Source of the DNA: Octopus sinensis
Lineage: Eukaryota
Direction of reading: 5' to 3'
DNA: 64,000 nt
NCBI RefSeq assembly: GCF_006345805.1
Contig: NC_043015.1
Location: 32,860,001 to 32,924,000, forward strand
Part shown: positions 60,441 to 64,000 of the stretch, piece after piece
How the letters are laid out: the number at the start of each line of letters is the position of its first letter
How positions within the stretch are numbered: the stretch's first letter is position 1
The notes under the pieces: model-generated
Seen by the model: the letters and a program-made list of their open reading frames with translations, nothing else
What the model was told of the DNA's origin: nothing
Databases searched by the model: none
Made by a program: the position numbers and the translations under genes

Positions 60441-62029
60441 TACGTCTATGAATGTGTGTATGTATGTATGTATGTATGTATGTATGTATGTATGTATGTA
60501 TGTATGTATGTATGTAGTGTACCGCTATGTCTAGTAGACGAATATCCATCACTGACGATCATCAAGCAAGATTGAAATCACGTGATATATTGGTCTCCGA
60601 GATAAGGTAGTAGGGCGTTCTCTCCCCGCTTGCAACATACATCGACTGCAAAGTGCACTGAATAACCAGCTGGAGGAGGCGTCCCCCTGAGGTTAAAACA
60701 GCAGTATCGTCTGTTCTGTGTGTGTGTGTAGTAAGAGAGAGAGAAAGAGATAGATAGATAGATAGTTTCGTAGGTAGTTAGGTAGGTAAGTACGTAGATA
60801 GGTAGGTATGTAGGTAGGTAGGTGTGTGGGTAGGTAGGTAGGTTTGTGGAAAGAGATTGAAAAATTAATGCAATAGTGGACAAAAGTTATGTCCAGTTAT
60901 CTCTCACTCTCATTCTCCCCCTCTTTCCCTCTCTCCCTCTCTCCTCTCTGTTACCCTCAGTTTGCAAAACGTGTGTATGTGTGTGTGTGTGTGTGTGTGC
61001 ACGTGTGTGTACGTCTGTTGTATTTGTATCGTATCATTCTCTCTGAAATATTGCTGTCAGTTTTCATTAAACAAAACACTTACCCACCTACCCACCCCCA
61101 TCTCTCTAGACACCTTACATCCGACGCAAGACTGTCAGAGAATGAGAAACCCTACGAATGACAATATCTACTCTAGAGACGTACCAACACCATATGTACG
61201 AATTTGGGCGAGACCAGTGGCGTGTCAGTCACTCTCACCAAATTCCTCGCCCTATGGGACGGAACAGAAATCTCAGTGGATATATTGTCGGTGTAGAGTT
61301 TTGAGTACGGTATCTTTGAGATATTTCATTGATCCTAGCCGTTCCAAGTTATTTTTTTTTCTATTATCTATATTTGCTTTATGTTCCTTTATTGGCATAT
61401 TTATTTTTTATTTCTCCCTGTATTATATCTTCCTTTGACAAAGAGATATTTCGAACAGAGATATTTAGATTGGCAATTACTAATCCAGTTTGAAATAGCC
61501 CATTAGCAAAATATATTTCGTTGACTTATATATATATACTTATTTGTTTATTGTCGCCCTTGCAGCAATAAAAGGCTTTTGTGTTGTTTTTTTTTGTTTT
61601 TTCCTTTTGTTAGAGTCATTTTTTTCTTGCATTCTTTCACTGTTCTGTCTGCCGCAACTCTTTGTGGCTCTTCTCAGTGAAGAATTTTGTTTGGGTTTTC
61701 TATTTCCTATTGTAATATATTCCGATACACGTGTGCAGTGCTGCAATGCTTTGTATGGCTATTTTCTTCTATATGTTGTGCATATTTTGAGTCCTCAGGT
61801 ATATATATATATTAGTTTGCATGTTGTTTAATAATTTTTGTTTTCTGTCGCCATATTCTGGTTATCTGTAGTTTCATTTCGCTATCTTTGGATAATTTCT
61901 CCAATTCTTTTAGAGTTACATTATCGTCTGTTAGGATTGTCAAACGGATGAAGAGGTATTTCTTGTCTGGTACTTCCTGACAAAAATGAGCGGCCGATTG
62001 ACGTCGATTTGGTCAATCTGTTATATATT

Positions 62030-62240
62030 GGTTTCAAATTTTGGCACAAGGCCAGCAGTTTGATGAGGAGGAGCTAAGTTAATTTCATTGGTCCAAGTGC
62101 TCAACTTGTAATTATTTTGTCGGTACCGAAACGATGGAAAAGCAAAGTCAACTTCGGTGGAATTTGAACTCAGTACGTAAGGACGGACAAAATGCCACCG
62201 AACATTACACCCGGCGTGCTAACGATTCGGTCACCTCGCT
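62030..62240 (-). mobile_element. SINE family C, decayed
   Basis: AAATTTTGGCACAAGGCCAGC...GCAAAGTCAACTTCGGTGGAATTTGAACTCAG...CCGGCGTGCTAACGATTC. Confidence 0.8.
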
Positions 62241-62589
62241 ACATTTCAATTTGCTATATACTAAGAATGCAATTAGCACAAAAGAAGCCAACACCGGAGA
62301 AACAAGTATAACGAATGCTGTACTGGGGCCATTCCTCGGGGAATGATTTCACTCCTTCTTTTCTGTTGGTATTTTATAATATTATCTTAATTTAAAATCT
62401 AAAAAAAGTAGTATGTCTGTCATACCTGTAAGTGCTTTCTTGGTGGACTAATGATGATCAGTTAGAGCCCTACTCCCGAGATGTTAACAGAAACACACAC
62501 AAAAAAGGCTGTAATTCATAAATCTGTTTCTACAAACACAAAGCGGCTGGAGACGGCTAGTCGGGCAAATATGGAAGATGCGCTGAAAG

Positions 62590-62815
62590 ACACATTGCCC
62601 GACACATCTCAAAAAGCAGGTTGAGGACATTTCAGTGCTTTTCAAGACCGAAGCTCTGGTTGTCAAATACTTACTGGTTCCCTGTCGGAGTGAAAAATAT
62701 GTACTTTACCCATCGTATTTAGGAAGGAGGACGGTCAGAATAAAGATTTCAGGAATTCCACCGGAAGTAAAATTATGGTGGATTTTAGCGTGTACCGTCT
62801 CGGAAGGGAGTAACA
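62590..62815 (+). pseudogene. Possible L1/Tx1-type LINE ORF1 fragment
   Basis: VEDISVLFKTEALVVKYL...VLYPSYLGRRTVRIKISGIPPEVKLWWILA resembles the P.Y.GRR..R.....IPP motif of Tx1-like ORF1. Recalled from memory, unverified. Confidence 0.35.
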
Positions 62816-63294
62816 ACTTTCAGGAATATTCTTGTCTATTCGGACTCTTGTGAGCAATGTCGATGTTAAATGAGGTTGCTATTGATTGATTAATTCTAAT
62901 CAGTCTACTGCAATTAAATGCGTTGCTAATGACTTTTACCACCTCACTTATTATATTGTATGAGTTTGAACTTGTTTTGTGATATATTGAAGTTACGTTA
63001 TTTGTTACTAATATTCTGCAACTTGACTCTATCAAACTTTGTATAAATGTTTGTTTTATAGTCTTGCACATAGATACGACATTTTTCCACAGTGATAAAT
63101 GTTCGTTTAACCTATTTTGAAAGTAATTAGTATGATTATAAAATCTTTTCTACTTTTTGACAAGTTTAATTAAATCCAATTCGAATTTTTGCATATTTTC
63201 GTATAATGAAAAATTTCTATTCGATTTGAAGCCGGATTTCTTGTCTGGGGGCATTTTTTCCATGTTTTCGTAAGAAAAAAAAAACCTTCTTTTC

Positions 63295-63785
63295 ATATAG
63301 GTGCTGGGCGTGGCTGTGTGGTAAAAAGCTTGCTTCCCAATTTCATAGTGCCGGGTTCTGTCCCACTGCGTGGCACCTTCGGCAAATGTCTTCTACTATT
63401 GCCCCGGGCCGACCAAAGCTTAATAATTGGATTCGGTAGCTGGAAGCTGAAAGAAACCCGTCGTATACATGTGTACGTGTGTGTGTTTGTGCGTGTTTGT
63501 GTGTGTCTTTGTGTATGTTTATGTATGTTTGTGTATCTGTGTGAGCGTGTGTGTGTATGTGTATACGTGTGTGTGTGTTTGTGTTTGTGTTTGTCCTCTA
63601 TCATTGCTTGACAACCGATGTTGGTGTATGTATGTCCCCGTAACTTAGCGGTTCGGCAAAAGTAACTGATAAGTACCAGACTTAACAAAAAATAAATACC
63701 GATGTCGATTCATTCGACTAAAATTCCTCAAGGTAGTGCCCCAGCATGGCCGCAGTCTAATGACTGTAACAAGTAAAATTTAAGA
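63295..63785 (+). mobile_element. SINE family A, full length
   Basis: Head AGGTGCTGGGCGTGGCTGTGTGGTAAAAAGC, internal (TG)n, and end CCAGCATGGCCGCAGTCTAATGACTG.AACAAGTAAAA. Confidence 0.9.
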
Positions 63786-63860
63786 AAATAAAAAATTATT
63801 GATGGTAAGTTCTGTTCTCTTTATCGGGCTTTCGATAGAATTACTTTTGTGCTACCATAG

Positions 63861-63952
63861 ATACACCAAAAGACATTGAATTCTGCTGAAAAAGCAGCCG
63901 AGGCAATTGTGGCCCTTAATTGCAATTATACTCGATTAAAACTGACCAGAAG
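63861..63952 (+). CDS. Candidate 92-nt internal exon of an unidentified gene
   Basis: Acceptor TTACTTTTGTGCTACCATAG| and strong donor AAG|GTAAGC. Only one of three frames is open: IHQKTLNSAEKAAEAIVALNCNYTRLKLTR. The sequence is unique. Confidence 0.35.
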
Positions 63953-64000
63953 GTAAGCAATAGAAACCTCACCAACCTCTTCTAGGCTGGGCAGAAACGT

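Noticed and set aside
61140-61161. EKPYE zinc-finger linker-like peptide
   Set aside because: It is followed immediately by a stop and has no C2H2 pattern.
62450-62586. Box C (ATGATGA) and box D (CTGA) snoRNA-like pair
   Set aside because: There is no terminal stem or recognisable guide, and TGATGA words are very common in this window.

Overview
AT-rich, microsatellite-saturated eukaryotic DNA. The SINE families and repeat landscape look like a coleoid cephalopod, most likely Octopus; this is recognition by eye, not a database result. There is no confidently identifiable host gene, rRNA, intact tRNA or CRISPR array, so the window is probably intronic or intergenic. Nearly all long ORFs in the track are microsatellite artefacts. 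Real coding homology is limited to decayed transposons: a CR1-type RT fragment (56.2-57.2 kb), an R4/Dong restriction-like endonuclease split by an 852-bp fold-back insert (10.0-11.4 kb), an internally deleted Chapaev3 transposase abutting a mariner C-terminus (22.4-23.7 kb), an RTE-like 3' end (0.26-0.56 kb) and possible LINE ORF1 scraps. Several tRNA-derived SINE families occur in about 30 copies. The most interesting signal is a set of small dispersed repeat families carrying minimal hammerhead-ribozyme-like folds of the Penelope-like type. One has a non-canonical CUGUUGAA core with stems I and II intact in two copies (53.3 and 59.8 kb), and the 59.8-kb copy lies next to a tRNA-like Pol III cassette held in a long inverted repeat. 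One well-bounded 92-nt exon candidate lies at 63.9 kb. Coordinates were counted by hand; TE boundaries are approximate.
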